Of a stretch of DNA of 41,614 nt, positions 9,709-18,888 are shown piece by piece. Both the position numbers and the translations under genes were made by a program. Each line of letters opens with the position of its first letter. Position 1 is the first letter of the stretch. Location of the stretch: NCBI GenBank assembly GCA_017308185.1, contig JAFKFP010000105.1, positions 1-41,614 of the forward strand. Direction: 5' to 3'. The notes beneath the pieces were generated by a model. The model was not told where the DNA came from. It ran no database searches and saw nothing but the letters and a program-made list of their open reading frames with translations. Source of the stretch: a bacterium. Lineage in GTDB: Bacteria > Chloroflexota > Dehalococcoidia > Tepidiformales > Tepidiformaceae.

Positions 9709-10185
9709 ATGGTCCTGGAGTACACGATGACTCGCCTCGATGGCAGCGACGAAGATCTGGCATCGCACCGGGGCAACGTTTTGCTGATGGTGAACGTGGC
9801 GAGCCGCTGCGGCCTCACCCCGCAGTACACGGCGCTGGAGGCACTGCACGAGAAATACAACCCGCAGGGTTTCGAAGTGCTTGGCTTCCCGGCGAACAAC
9901 TTCATGGGGCAGGAGCCGGGGACCGACGAGGAGATCGCCGAGTTCTGCAGTTCAACCTACGGCGTGACTTTCCCGATGTTCTCGAAGATCAGCGTCAAGG
10001 GCGACGATATCCATCCGCTCTACGCCGAACTCACCAGCATGCCCGAACCGATCGGCGGCGACGTCGCGTGGAACTTCCAGAAGTACCTGGTCGACCGCGA
10101 GGGGAACGTGGTGCGCATGTTCGGTCCGCGCACGACCCCGGATGACCCGGAGGTGGTGCAGGCCGTCGAGGAGCTGCTGGGATAG
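9709..10185 (+). CDS. glutathione peroxidase (Cys-type)
   Basis: An internal ATG at 9709 in ORF 9145-10185 gives 158 aa. 'LLMVNVASRCGLTPQY', 'LGFPANNFMGQEPG' and 'WNFQKYLVDREG' are canonical GPx motifs. The upstream part of the ORF is Arg/Pro-rich junk. Confidence 0.9.
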   Translation: MVLEYTMTRLDGSDEDLASHRGNVLLMVNVASRCGLTPQYTALEALHEKYNPQGFEVLGFPANNFMGQEPGTDEEIAEFCSSTYGVTFPMFSKISVKGDDIHPLYAELTSMPEPIGGDVAWNFQKYLVDREGNVVRMFGPRTTPDDPEVVQAVEELLG

Positions 10186-10195
10186 GGCCAGCCGC

Positions 10196-11392
10196 CTAGA
10201 TTGCGCCAACGTCTTTCAGGTGTTCAATAGCCGGCCAGTCATACCCGGCCGCGAGCAGCACCGCTTCTGTGTCCTGCCCCAGTTCGGGGGCCGCCCGCAA
10301 CTCCTGCGTGGGCGTGCCACTGAACGTCACCGGCGTGCCATTCGTGGTGATGCGCCCCTGCCCGCTATGTTCGACTTCGACGAGGTAGCGGTTCTCCCGG
10401 AGCTGCGCGGCCAGTTCGCCATCATCCTTCAGCGCCGAGTAGTCGTTCACGCGGCCGCACGGGACATCCTCCGCGATGAGGCGTTCGAGCCACTCCCCCA
10501 CCGTACGCGCCGCGAAGATCGCTTCGAGGCGTGCTTCGAGTTCATCCGCGTGGTCGTTGCGCTCCCAGGGCCCCGCAAATCGCGGGTCGTGTTCGAGCGC
10601 CGGGTCTCCCAGTGCCCGGCAGAGCGGCGCCCACGATTCCTGCCGCTGGGCCGCGATGGCCACGCCCCAGCCATCGGCGCCGCGGTAGTGGCTGTAGAGC
10701 GGACTCCGCCGAAAACGCGCGCGTCCTTGCTTACCCGTCACGAAATAGCGCGTCACCTGCCGCCCCTGGAAGGCCATCATCGAGCCAAGTAGCGATACCT
10801 CCAGCTTCTGCCCCACGCCGGTCGTCGCACGGGCAAAAAGTGCTGAGGCGATGCCCATTGCGAGGAAGCTCGCGCTGATCTGGTCGGCAGCGCCGGGGAG
10901 CGCGGGCGAAGGATCATGCCCGGGACCGCCCGCCTGCTCGACCATCAGGCCGCTCACGGCCTGCGCAACGTGATCGAACCCCCCCAATCCGCTCATCGGC
11001 CCCTTCGAACCAAAGGCAGACGCCTGGGCGTAGATCAGCCGCTCATTAAGCGGCCGTAGCGACTCGTAATCGAGCCCGACGCGCGCCATGAACCCCGGCC
11101 GGAAATTTTCGACGACAACATCAAAGCCCGGCACGAGTGCCCGCACGACCTTCTGCCCATCTGGAAGCCGGATGTCGAGCGTGATCGAGCGCTTGCCGCG
11201 GTTGTAGGACTCGAAGTAGGCAGAGAAGCCCGTCTCGGCATCGCGCTCGGACTGCCGGCCCCATTCACCATCGATGCGCGGTTCGACTTTCACCACCTCA
11301 GCACCCATGTCGGCGAGCAGCGCTGTGGCGAACGGCCCCTGCTGGAACCTGGTGAAATCGAGGACGCGGACGCCATGCAATGGTCCGGGCAT
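10196..11392 (-). CDS. CoA-transferase family III (CaiB/BaiF-type)
   Basis: 'GVRVLDFTRFQQGPFATALLADMGAEVVKVEP' is the typical N-terminus. Start is ATG 11392 with AAGGAG 5 nt upstream; the ORF-track start at 11422 lacks an SD. Confidence 0.85.
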   Translation of the reverse strand: MPGPLHGVRVLDFTRFQQGPFATALLADMGAEVVKVEPRIDGEWGRQSERDAETGFSAYFESYNRGKRSITLDIRLPDGQKVVRALVPGFDVVVENFRPGFMARVGLDYESLRPLNERLIYAQASAFGSKGPMSGLGGFDHVAQAVSGLMVEQAGGPGHDPSPALPGAADQISASFLAMGIASALFARATTGVGQKLEVSLLGSMMAFQGRQVTRYFVTGKQGRARFRRSPLYSHYRGADGWGVAIAAQRQESWAPLCRALGDPALEHDPRFAGPWERNDHADELEARLEAIFAARTVGEWLERLIAEDVPCGRVNDYSALKDDGELAAQLRENRYLVEVEHSGQGRITTNGTPVTFSGTPTQELRAAPELGQDTEAVLLAAGYDWPAIEHLKDVGAI

Positions 11393-11524
11393 GGGTACTC
11401 CTTGCGCGTGGTGGTGTGGCACAGTCTACCGAGATCCGGCTTCCAAGGCGGTAGCGCGAAACTCGCAACCTGCAACTTCCATGTCACGTAGACTCGTTGC
11501 AACGAACCAGGAGCACAACAGGAC

Positions 11525-12313
11525 ATGTCGATTGTTGAAACCGAACACCGCGATGGCGTGATGGTGATCCGGATGAACCGGCCCGAGCGCATGAACGCAT
11601 TGAGCACGGATCTGCGTATAGCGCTCGCGGCGGCCTGGCGCGAGTTCCGCGACAGCGCCGATCTCGAGGTCGCGATCTTCACCGGGACGGGCCGCGCCTT
11701 CTGTGCCGGCGAAGATATGAAAGAGTCGCTCGAGCACGGCCGGGTTGGCATCCCCGCGGATGGCCTCGAAGACCCTTACAACGACGCCACGCTCGATAAG
11801 CCAGTCATCGTTGCGGTCAACGGTTACGCGATGGGCGGCGGCTTCATGCTGGTCGAACGCGGCGACCTGCGCGTGGCCGTGCGCGGGGCAGTCTTCGAAG
11901 TCTCCGAGGCGAAGCGCTGGCTGCTCGGTGGCTACCAGCACGGCCACATCGCTGCCATGCCCCACGCCATCGCAACCGAGATGGCGTTCGCCTACCGCTT
12001 CACGGCTGAGCGTTTCCACGAACTGGGCTTCATCAACCGTCTCACCGATCCGGATGGGTTATTGCTCACCGCCCACGAGATGGCCCAGCACCTGCTCACA
12101 CTGCCCCCCGCCTCGCGCGTGAATACCCTCGCGATGATGCGCGCCATGCGCCCCCGCGTGCCGGCCGAACTGGAAGACCTAGCGGAGCGTCTCCGCAACC
12201 ACGGCGCGAAGAGCGACCTGACCGAATCGCGGCGCGCCTTCGCCGAAAAGCGCAAGCCCAACTTCAAAGGGTGGGATGATCCTGGCGATCGCGCACGTAC
12301 GCCACGGCGTTGA
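11525..12313 (+). CDS. enoyl-CoA hydratase/isomerase (crotonase) family
   Basis: 262 aa. 'VMVIRMNRPERMNAL', 'FTGTGRAFCAGEDM' and 'PVIVAVNGYAMGGGFML' are crotonase oxyanion-hole motifs. Confidence 0.85.
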   Translation: MSIVETEHRDGVMVIRMNRPERMNALSTDLRIALAAAWREFRDSADLEVAIFTGTGRAFCAGEDMKESLEHGRVGIPADGLEDPYNDATLDKPVIVAVNGYAMGGGFMLVERGDLRVAVRGAVFEVSEAKRWLLGGYQHGHIAAMPHAIATEMAFAYRFTAERFHELGFINRLTDPDGLLLTAHEMAQHLLTLPPASRVNTLAMMRAMRPRVPAELEDLAERLRNHGAKSDLTESRRAFAEKRKPNFKGWDDPGDRARTPRR

Positions 12314-12376
12314 GTCGCCCCGCCCTACTCGCGCAGGTATAGTCAGCGCACAAACCCGTACGTGGAGGTGGAATCA

Positions 12377-13255
12377 ATGACACGCGCACTCGTGTTGGGC
12401 GGCGGCGGACCTATCGGCATAGCCTGGGAATCAGGATTGGTCGCCGGCCTCGCTGAAGGCGGCGTCGATCTCAGCACCGCCGACTTCATCATGGGCACGT
12501 CGGCCGGCTCCGTTGTCGGTGCCCAGCTGGCCATGGGCCGGCCCCCATCGGCACTCTACACGGCGATAACGGCACATCCACCGCAGCCCGCCACCCAGCC
12601 CGGCACGACGCCGAGCGCACCGCCGGTGCTTACGCCGCTCATGGAGCTTATGCAGCAGGCCTCGGCCGGGAAAATCGCGCCCGCCGAACTTCGCCGTAAA
12701 ATCGGTGAGTTCGCCCTCGCCGCGCAGACCATCACCGAGGAAGAGTTCCTGGCGAGCTTCGGGCGCATGCTCGCATCAAGCGGCGCGTGGCCCGAGCGTC
12801 CGTACGCCTGCACAGCCGTCGACGCCGTCGATGGCTCGTTCATCCTCTGGGACAAAGCGGCGGGCGCACCGCTCAACCGCGCCGTCGCTTCAAGCTGCAG
12901 CGTCCCGGGCATCTACCCGCCGATCACCATCAATGGGCGGCGCTACATCGATGGGGGGATGCGTTCCGCGACCAACGCCGATTGCGCGAAGGACTACGAC
13001 ACCGTCCTCGTCGTGGCGGTCACCACCGATGTGCCCGGTCCCATGGGAGACCAATCGCGCGCGCGGTTAGCCGCCGAACTTCAGACTCTGCGCGACGCCG
13101 GCCGAAGCGTTGAATGCCTCCAGCCGGACGCCGGTAGCCGGGCAGCGTTCGGCCCGAACCTGATGGACTTCTCGCGCCGCACAGCCTCGGCAGAGGCAGG
13201 CTACGCGCAGGGACAATCGGCTGCCAGTTCGCTGCGCGCCATGTGGGACGCTTAG
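12377..13255 (+). CDS. patatin-like phospholipase
   Basis: 'LVLGGGGPIGIAWESG' (Gly-rich oxyanion), 'GTSAGSVVG' (G-x-S-x-G) and 'YIDGGMRS' (catalytic Asp, DGG). ATG 12377 lies just downstream of GGAGGTGG. Confidence 0.8.
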   Translation: MTRALVLGGGGPIGIAWESGLVAGLAEGGVDLSTADFIMGTSAGSVVGAQLAMGRPPSALYTAITAHPPQPATQPGTTPSAPPVLTPLMELMQQASAGKIAPAELRRKIGEFALAAQTITEEEFLASFGRMLASSGAWPERPYACTAVDAVDGSFILWDKAAGAPLNRAVASSCSVPGIYPPITINGRRYIDGGMRSATNADCAKDYDTVLVVAVTTDVPGPMGDQSRARLAAELQTLRDAGRSVECLQPDAGSRAAFGPNLMDFSRRTASAEAGYAQGQSAASSLRAMWDA

Positions 13256-13291
13256 ACGCAGAGGAGGCATGGAGACAACGGGCACACAAAC

Positions 13292-13325
13292 GGGGCGCTC
13301 CCGCTGAGGTCTCGGGAAGCGCCCC
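13292..13325 (+). terminator. GC-rich hairpin downstream of the patatin gene (terminator-like, no U-tract)
   Basis: GGGGCGCTCCCG (13292-13303) pairs with CGGGAAGCGCCCC (13313-13325): 12 bp with one bulged A and a 9-nt loop. It lies 37 nt after the TAG stop. Confidence 0.4.
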
Positions 13326-13491
13326 GGAAGTTGGCGGTCGGGCATCACGGGTGCACCAGGAGCCCGGATAGAGGAAGGTCGCTCTTAATGAGATGGCCAA
13401 CCGCATAGTCTCACGATACCGGCAAGCCAATCGAAGACGTGTTGCGCTCGGTTGGCTGTGTATCTCGATTCGATTACGCGTAGGAGAACCC

Positions 13492-14370
13492 GTGCGCCCG
13501 GAAGACTGCCGCGAAGCGTTAGCCACACTCGGCCCGCCGTGGAACCCGCAGGAAATCACTGCCCTCGAGGGCGGCTGGTCGTACTGGACATTCCGCGCGG
13601 ATGATCACATCGTGCGCTTCCCGCGCACCGCGAACGACGCGCTACTTCTCGAACGTGAATTCGCCCTCCTCCCCATCATCCGCGATCGCATAGGCGTGCC
13701 CGCGCCCCGCTACACGGTGCGTGGTGAATGGCGCGGCCGCCCGTTTGGCGCATACCCCCATCTGCCCGGCCGTTTGGTGAGCGCCGCCGACCTCGCTGTG
13801 CCCGCCGCGAAGCTGCCAGCAGCCCTTGGAAACGCTCTCCGGGCGCTCCACGAGACGCCGCTGGCGGCACTTACACACGTCGACACGAGTCCCGATGGTT
13901 GGTGGCAGCGCAAGCGTGCATTCTTGGACGAGTGCCGCGCACGCGCCTTCCCGCTCCTCCCGGCGCACGTCCAGGCCGTTGCCGCGAGGGAGATCGAACA
14001 CGCCGAGCAGCGGTTTCGCGACGGCGCTGTGCAGCCAGCACTCGCCCACAACGACCTCGGCCTCGTCCACGTTTTGACCGATGGCCACAAACTCACGGGC
14101 ATCATCGATTGGTCCGACGCTGAGGTCACCGACCCCGTGATAGACTTCGTCGGCATCGTGGGCGCCGGTGGCTCACAGGCGGTCGCAGCCGTGCTCGGCG
14201 GTTACGGCATGCCCCCGGGAGAGGCGTTCTGGGAGCGGCTCTGGTTTCTCGCCTGGGTTGCGCCGCTCCACGACATCCTCTACGGGCTCGACACCGGCGA
14301 TGATGACGTGCTCCACGCCGGCATTGCTGGCGTCGAGACTCGCATGCGCAGCAGCGGGCGGCTTCTCTAG
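13492..14370 (+). CDS. phosphotransferase enzyme family (APH/choline-kinase-like kinase fold)
   Basis: 'LAHNDLGLVHVL' (catalytic-loop-like) and 'IIDWSDAEVTDPVIDF' (D-x-D metal loop). GTG 13492 lies 5 nt after AGGAG (13482-13486). The upstream part of the ORF from 13393 is Arg-rich and probably untranslated. Confidence 0.7.
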   Translation: MRPEDCREALATLGPPWNPQEITALEGGWSYWTFRADDHIVRFPRTANDALLLEREFALLPIIRDRIGVPAPRYTVRGEWRGRPFGAYPHLPGRLVSAADLAVPAAKLPAALGNALRALHETPLAALTHVDTSPDGWWQRKRAFLDECRARAFPLLPAHVQAVAAREIEHAEQRFRDGAVQPALAHNDLGLVHVLTDGHKLTGIIDWSDAEVTDPVIDFVGIVGAGGSQAVAAVLGGYGMPPGEAFWERLWFLAWVAPLHDILYGLDTGDDDVLHAGIAGVETRMRSSGRLL

Positions 14371-14389
14371 AGGGCCACGGCCCCGGCGA

Positions 14390-15013
14390 TTAGGATGGTT
14401 TCCGCGGGAGCGCTTCGTCTCGCAACCGTGGCGCCGGACGGTTGGGATTCACACGCTCGCGTTCGATGATGGTGAGCATCTCGGCCACTGCATCATCCAT
14501 GTGATCCTGGTGGTTGTACACGACGTAGTCGTTGTTCGGCATGTCGGCGATCTCCTCGTCGATTTCGGCGAGGCGCGATTCCAGTGAGTCGTCCGTCTCG
14601 GTATCGCGTTCTATTAAGCGGCGGCGGAGCTCAGCGCGATCCGCGGCCATCAGAAACACGAAGATTGCGCCCTCCAGCATGCGCCTCCACGCGCGGGCGC
14701 CCTGCACGTCTGTCCGGATGATGAAGTCCTCACCCCGCGCGATCGGGCCTGCGACCTCGCTGTACTTGAGCCCCTTCAAATCCTTGTACACATGCGCCCA
14801 CTCGGCGAACTCGCCGTCGGCGACGCGGCGCTCGAACTCCGGCCGTGTGAGGAAGATGTAGTCCACTCCATCCACCTCACCCTTGCGCGGCGCGCGCGTT
14901 GTCGAACTCGTCGCGCGCTGGATATCTGTCCGTGCGCGGAGCTCCTTGATGATCGAATCCTTGCCCACACCTGCCGGGCCGTGCAACACGATCACGAGCG
15001 GCTTGCGGGTCAT
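14390..15013 (-). CDS. gmk: guanylate kinase
   Basis: 'IVLHGPAGVGKDSI' P-loop and 'TSSTTRAPRKGEVDGVDYIFL' GMP-binding motif. Its ATG overlaps the aroA stop (ATGA at 15010-15013). Confidence 0.9.
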   Translation of the reverse strand: MTRKPLVIVLHGPAGVGKDSIIKELRARTDIQRATSSTTRAPRKGEVDGVDYIFLTRPEFERRVADGEFAEWAHVYKDLKGLKYSEVAGPIARGEDFIIRTDVQGARAWRRMLEGAIFVFLMAADRAELRRRLIERDTETDDSLESRLAEIDEEIADMPNNDYVVYNHQDHMDDAVAEMLTIIERERVNPNRPAPRLRDEALPRKPS

Positions 15014-16365
15014 CTGGCGGCCACCCCTCCGAGCGATGCGTCCCGGAGATCATCCCAGAAGCGCGGGTACGAAACGCCCACGGCATCATGCACGACTTCC
15101 GTGGTGTCCGTCGCGAGCGCCCCGGCAATCGCAGCCAGCATCCCGACCCGGTGATCGCCACCGGCATCAACCGTGGCGCCCGTGAGCCGGCAGGGGCCAT
15201 GCACCACGAACCCATCGTCGCGCGGCGTTATGTCCGCGCCCATGCTTCCCAAGACCCTCACGACCGCCTCCACACGGTCCGATTCCTTCACGCGCAATTC
15301 AGCGGCGCCCGCGATAACGGTGTCGCCCTGCGCGAAACAGCCAAGAATCGCAACGAGCGGCAACTCATCAATGGCGCGCGGCACCACTCCGCCGTCAACG
15401 CGCGTCGCCCGCAGGTCTGACGTGCGGACCACGAGGTCAGCCACCGGCTCGCCACCGGCCATGCGTGGTTCGCTTATGTCCACAGAAGCACCCATCGCGT
15501 CGAGGATATCGAGCAGCCCCGTGCGCGTCGGGTTCACATTCACGTTCTCGATCACGATTTCGGCGTCGGGATGGCACGCGCCTAACACCAGCCACGGCGC
15601 CGCGCTGGAGATATCGCCCGGCACGCGGATGGGCAGCGGCGAAAGCCGCGATGGCTGTTCGATCCGCACCGCATGTGCCGCCGTTTCGATGTGGCACCCC
15701 ATGGCCGCCAGCATACGTTCAGTGTGGTCGCGTGAGGCCTCGGGCTCGGTGACGGTCACCGGGCCATCGGCGTAGAGACCCGCGAGCAGCACGGCCGACT
15801 TCACCTGTGCGCTCGCGACGGGGCTCTCGTACCGCGTCCCATGCAAACCGCCCCCGCGGATCACCAGCGGCGCGAGTGTATCTGACTTACGGCCGTGCAG
15901 GTGCGCACCCATCTGCTGGAGCGGCGTTATTACCCGGCCCATCGGGCGGGTGCGAAGTGAATCATCGCCGCTGAGGATGCTCAGAAACGGCTGCCCGGCA
16001 AGCAGCCCGCTCATGAGCCGCATCGTCGTACCACTGTTCCCGCAGTCGAGCACATCAGCACTCTCGCAAAGGCCACGCAACCCGCGGCCATGCACCAGCG
16101 CCCGGTCTGACGCCTCGGGCCAGTCGATAGCAACGCCCAGCGCTCTGAGACAGGCGGCCGTCGACCGCACATCGTCCGAATCGAGGATGCGTTCCACCAC
16201 CGCATCGCCATCGGCAATCGCGTTCAGGATCAGCGAACGGTGGGATATGGACTTGTCCCCCGGGACACGCACCTTCGTGCGAAGGCGCTCCGGGCGGCTA
16301 ACGCGCACCGTTGTCGTCACCCGCGCCCAGTTTGCGGCGGAGGTCTCGATCGTCCGTGCGGCCAT
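15010..16365 (-). CDS. aroA: 3-phosphoshikimate 1-carboxyvinyltransferase (EPSP synthase)
   Basis: 'VPGDKSISHRSLILNA', 'LDCGNSGTTMRLMSG' and 'RVKESDR' are EPSPS motifs. The start is uncertain: ATG 16365, or GTG 16320/16308. Each of these overlaps the tyrA 3' end. Confidence 0.9.
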   Translation of the reverse strand: MAARTIETSAANWARVTTTVRVSRPERLRTKVRVPGDKSISHRSLILNAIADGDAVVERILDSDDVRSTAACLRALGVAIDWPEASDRALVHGRGLRGLCESADVLDCGNSGTTMRLMSGLLAGQPFLSILSGDDSLRTRPMGRVITPLQQMGAHLHGRKSDTLAPLVIRGGGLHGTRYESPVASAQVKSAVLLAGLYADGPVTVTEPEASRDHTERMLAAMGCHIETAAHAVRIEQPSRLSPLPIRVPGDISSAAPWLVLGACHPDAEIVIENVNVNPTRTGLLDILDAMGASVDISEPRMAGGEPVADLVVRTSDLRATRVDGGVVPRAIDELPLVAILGCFAQGDTVIAGAAELRVKESDRVEAVVRVLGSMGADITPRDDGFVVHGPCRLTGATVDAGGDHRVGMLAAIAGALATDTTEVVHDAVGVSYPRFWDDLRDASLGGVAAR

Positions 16366-17341
16366 TCATCTTGTCCGGCATCTCTTTCAGCTTGTCGTGC
16401 AGCTTTCCGCCAAGCAGGAGTTGCCCCATCTGGTCACTCGCCGATGGCGCTACTGGGCCGGTCGGCTTCCGCCGAGTGATCGGGTTGGTGATGTACACAT
16501 CGCGGTCAAGCTGGGTGGATGCGAACAGGTCGAACATCGAGTCATCCCCCGCATCGAGCGCCGTGCGGATCTTATCGAGTTCCGCCTCGAAGCGGCCCAG
16601 CCAGTGCACGATCGCGTCCCGGTTCGTGACCATGATGTCGCGCGCCATGGTGGCGTCGCCGCTGGCCAGCCGGGTCATATCCTTGAAGCCTGGTCCGGCG
16701 ATCAATGCCGCGTCCTCCCAGCCCTGCGAGTCGCGCACCATCCGGAACAACGCGACGGACGCGAGCAGCGGCAGATGACTGACGGCCGCAGCCCACTGAT
16801 CGTGTTCCGCGCCATCAATATAGAAGGGGATGGCGCCCATCGCCTCCACCAGCCCGAGGACGACCTGGACCGATTGCTCGGAGGCACGCGGCGACGGGGC
16901 GATCGCCCACGTCGCGCCCTGGAACAGGTCCGCACGCGCCGCCGATGGGCCGCTCTTTTCGCGTCCCGCCATCGGATGCCCGCCGATGAAGTGCACGCCC
17001 TCCGGCAGGTACTCCGCCGCCCACCGCATGAGGTCCGATTTCGTGCTGCACGTATCGGTCACTATCGCGCCCTCTGCGAGGTACGGCCCCATATCCTGCA
17101 GCAGCCGCCGGGCAGCCATCACGGGCACGGTCAGGAACACGATTGCAGCACCCATCAGGCCCTCTTCGAGCGACCCTACCTCGCGGTCGATCGCGCCCAT
17201 CTTCTTGGCCGTGCGTGCGAAGTTGCGGTCGCGGTCGATGCCGATGATCTCGTACGTTCGGTCCTTGCGGGATGCCAGCGAAAGCCCGACCGAAGTGCCG
17301 ATCAGGCCCGTGCCGATGATGGTGATTCGAGACTGCGCCAT
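16298..17341 (-). CDS. tyrA: prephenate dehydrogenase
   Basis: 'ITIIGTGLIGTSVGLSL' NAD-binding fold and 'FIGGHPMAGREKSG' prephenate dehydrogenase signature. It carries a charged C-terminal extension of about 60 aa. Confidence 0.85.
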   Translation of the reverse strand: MAQSRITIIGTGLIGTSVGLSLASRKDRTYEIIGIDRDRNFARTAKKMGAIDREVGSLEEGLMGAAIVFLTVPVMAARRLLQDMGPYLAEGAIVTDTCSTKSDLMRWAAEYLPEGVHFIGGHPMAGREKSGPSAARADLFQGATWAIAPSPRASEQSVQVVLGLVEAMGAIPFYIDGAEHDQWAAAVSHLPLLASVALFRMVRDSQGWEDAALIAGPGFKDMTRLASGDATMARDIMVTNRDAIVHWLGRFEAELDKIRTALDAGDDSMFDLFASTQLDRDVYITNPITRRKPTGPVAPSASDQMGQLLLGGKLHDKLKEMPDKMNGRTDDRDLRRKLGAGDDNGAR

Positions 17342-17368
17342 GTGGGTTCCCCGGGTGCCGTTCGCCGC

Positions 17369-17854
17369 CTAACTCGCGGCATCGGCCTGTTGAAGTAAGG
17401 CTAGCACAGGATCGTCTCCAGGGTCGGAATGGTGACGGAGTGTTAACTCAATCACCCCTTCCGATGCGCCTGCTCGTTCGAGCATCGCTGCGCCCCTTTC
17501 GCTATGCAGAAGCGTCCTGCTCACGGCTCGCCGGAGTTCGTACTGGGAACGCGGCTCTGCAAGCCACCGCGCAACCCCAAGGTCCGACGCAGCGACGAAG
17601 GCCACGCGGTCGCGGCGGCGCTGGGCGCCTTTCGCGATGTCGTGGACGAGTGCAGCGGTGATGAGGTCGTAGTCATCGTAGCCGCGATCAAGAAGCCAGA
17701 CAGCACACTTCACGCCATGCAGCACATCGCGCGGATGCTGGCGCACGAACAGGGTGTACAGGTGCGGTTCGAGCACTTCGTTTGCGAAGGCGAAGTCTTC
17801 CTTCGACGGAAGCTCTGTGGCCGTCAGCCACTGCCGCATGCGGTCACGAATCAT
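17369..17854 (-). CDS. HD-domain protein
   Basis: 'HGVKCAVWLL...AALVHDIAKG' gives the H...HD motif. ATG 17854 forms an ATGA overlap with the S2P stop (17851-17853). The ORF-track start at 17902 would overlap the upstream gene by 52 nt. Confidence 0.65.
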   Translation of the reverse strand: MIRDRMRQWLTATELPSKEDFAFANEVLEPHLYTLFVRQHPRDVLHGVKCAVWLLDRGYDDYDLITAALVHDIAKGAQRRRDRVAFVAASDLGVARWLAEPRSQYELRRAVSRTLLHSERGAAMLERAGASEGVIELTLRHHSDPGDDPVLALLQQADAAS

Positions 17855-18543
17855 ACGCCGATAGCCCGGAATACCTGGTTGCTCATGCCTCCAATAATCC
17901 ACCCGAGCACGTTGTATTGCGGCGCAACATAGCCGGCAACGAACAGGATCATCAGGATACCAATACCATACGGCTCGAGGCGGCTGAGCGTCCGTGCCGC
18001 CTCATCCGGGAGGATTCCGACTGCCACCTTGAAGCCATCGAGCGGCGGCACCGGGATCAGGTTGAAGACCCCGAGGAGCACATTGTAGAAGACGATGAAC
18101 AACAGAAAGACTCCGATGATCTCGGAGCCGCTGGCCGTCGAAATGGCATCAAAGCTGCTGACGGGCTGGATCCAGCCGAGCCGCAGCGGGATCGCCGCAA
18201 GCACCGCAAACACGAAGTTCGATGCCGGCCCCGCCAGCGCCACCAGCATATTGCCGCGCTTCCAGCCGCCGCGGAGCCGCATCGGGTTCACAGGCGTCGG
18301 TTTCCCCCAGCCAAAGCCAACGAGGAGGAGCAGGATCAGGCCCGTCGGGTCCAGGTGCACAGCCGGATTGAGCGAGAGCCGCCCGCGCCGCGCCGCGGTA
18401 TCGTCGCCGAGTTCATTCGCCGCCCACGCATGGCTGAACTCGTGGAAGGCGATCCCCGTGATAAACGCGACGAGAAAGGCGGCCAGGTAGGCGACAAGCG
18501 CCGGGGGATTATCCAGGAACTCCCTCAGGTTATAGAGCAGCAT
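17851..18543 (-). CDS. site-2 protease family (M50) zinc metalloprotease
   Basis: 'FHEFSHAWAA' (HExxH) inside a TM helix and 'FNLIPVPPLDG' (NxxPxxxLDG). Multiple TM helices. Confidence 0.85.
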   Translation of the reverse strand: MLLYNLREFLDNPPALVAYLAAFLVAFITGIAFHEFSHAWAANELGDDTAARRGRLSLNPAVHLDPTGLILLLLVGFGWGKPTPVNPMRLRGGWKRGNMLVALAGPASNFVFAVLAAIPLRLGWIQPVSSFDAISTASGSEIIGVFLLFIVFYNVLLGVFNLIPVPPLDGFKVAVGILPDEAARTLSRLEPYGIGILMILFVAGYVAPQYNVLGWIIGGMSNQVFRAIGV

Positions 18544-18888
18544 CCAACGCCGATGCTAGCAGGATCAGTGGTTAGGGAATCGAGAACCGAGGAACAGGGA
18601 ATGGTGTACGCGGGACGCACCGTGCTCGCCCGGCGCACCTGGGCCGGCTGCCCGTTCCCGGTTTACGATCTCGTGCTCACTGATTGACCGGATATGACCG
18701 GATTGTTACGTTCCTGCAGGTACGCGCCTGCTCGCAGAGGGTGGCGGCACGGCGCGAGGCCACAGCGTCAGGCAGTGGCACGGAGGTACAAGCGGGGCCC
18801 CCCGTAGTAACGTTATAAGGGGACACGCGCGAGGCGTGCCTGCCCGGAGAGATGCACTGCGTCCCTCCGCCAGCGAGAGGTATCCCGC

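Noticed and set aside
12377-13255. Patatin-like phospholipase as a CBASS or defence effector
   Set aside because: No CD-NTase, SMODS, SAVED or other sensor gene is adjacent. The neighbours are CoA-transferase, crotonase and a kinase-fold enzyme, which is more consistent with lipid or acyl-CoA metabolism.
13269-13307. 12-codon mini-ORF (METTGTQTGRSR) after GAGGAGG
   Set aside because: The SD-to-ATG spacing is only 1 nt. The ORF runs into the terminator-like hairpin of the patatin gene. The peptide has no distinctive character.
15950-17398. 482-aa plus-strand ORF across aroA/tyrA
   Set aside because: It is antisense to two genes with clear family motifs. The translation is Arg/Ser/Pro-rich with no recognisable motif. 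I regard it as a GC-driven artefact.
18544-18888. c-di-AMP (ydaO-type) riboswitch upstream of the muralytic operon
   Set aside because: The idea is attractive because ydaO elements often precede cell-wall hydrolase genes. However, I could not find the conserved cores I remember, such as the paired GGGG-A-CC / GGGGUGAAUC-type segments and the CCGA-CAGCUAAC-CUCGUAAGC-type 3' block. Only vague G-rich similarity is present.
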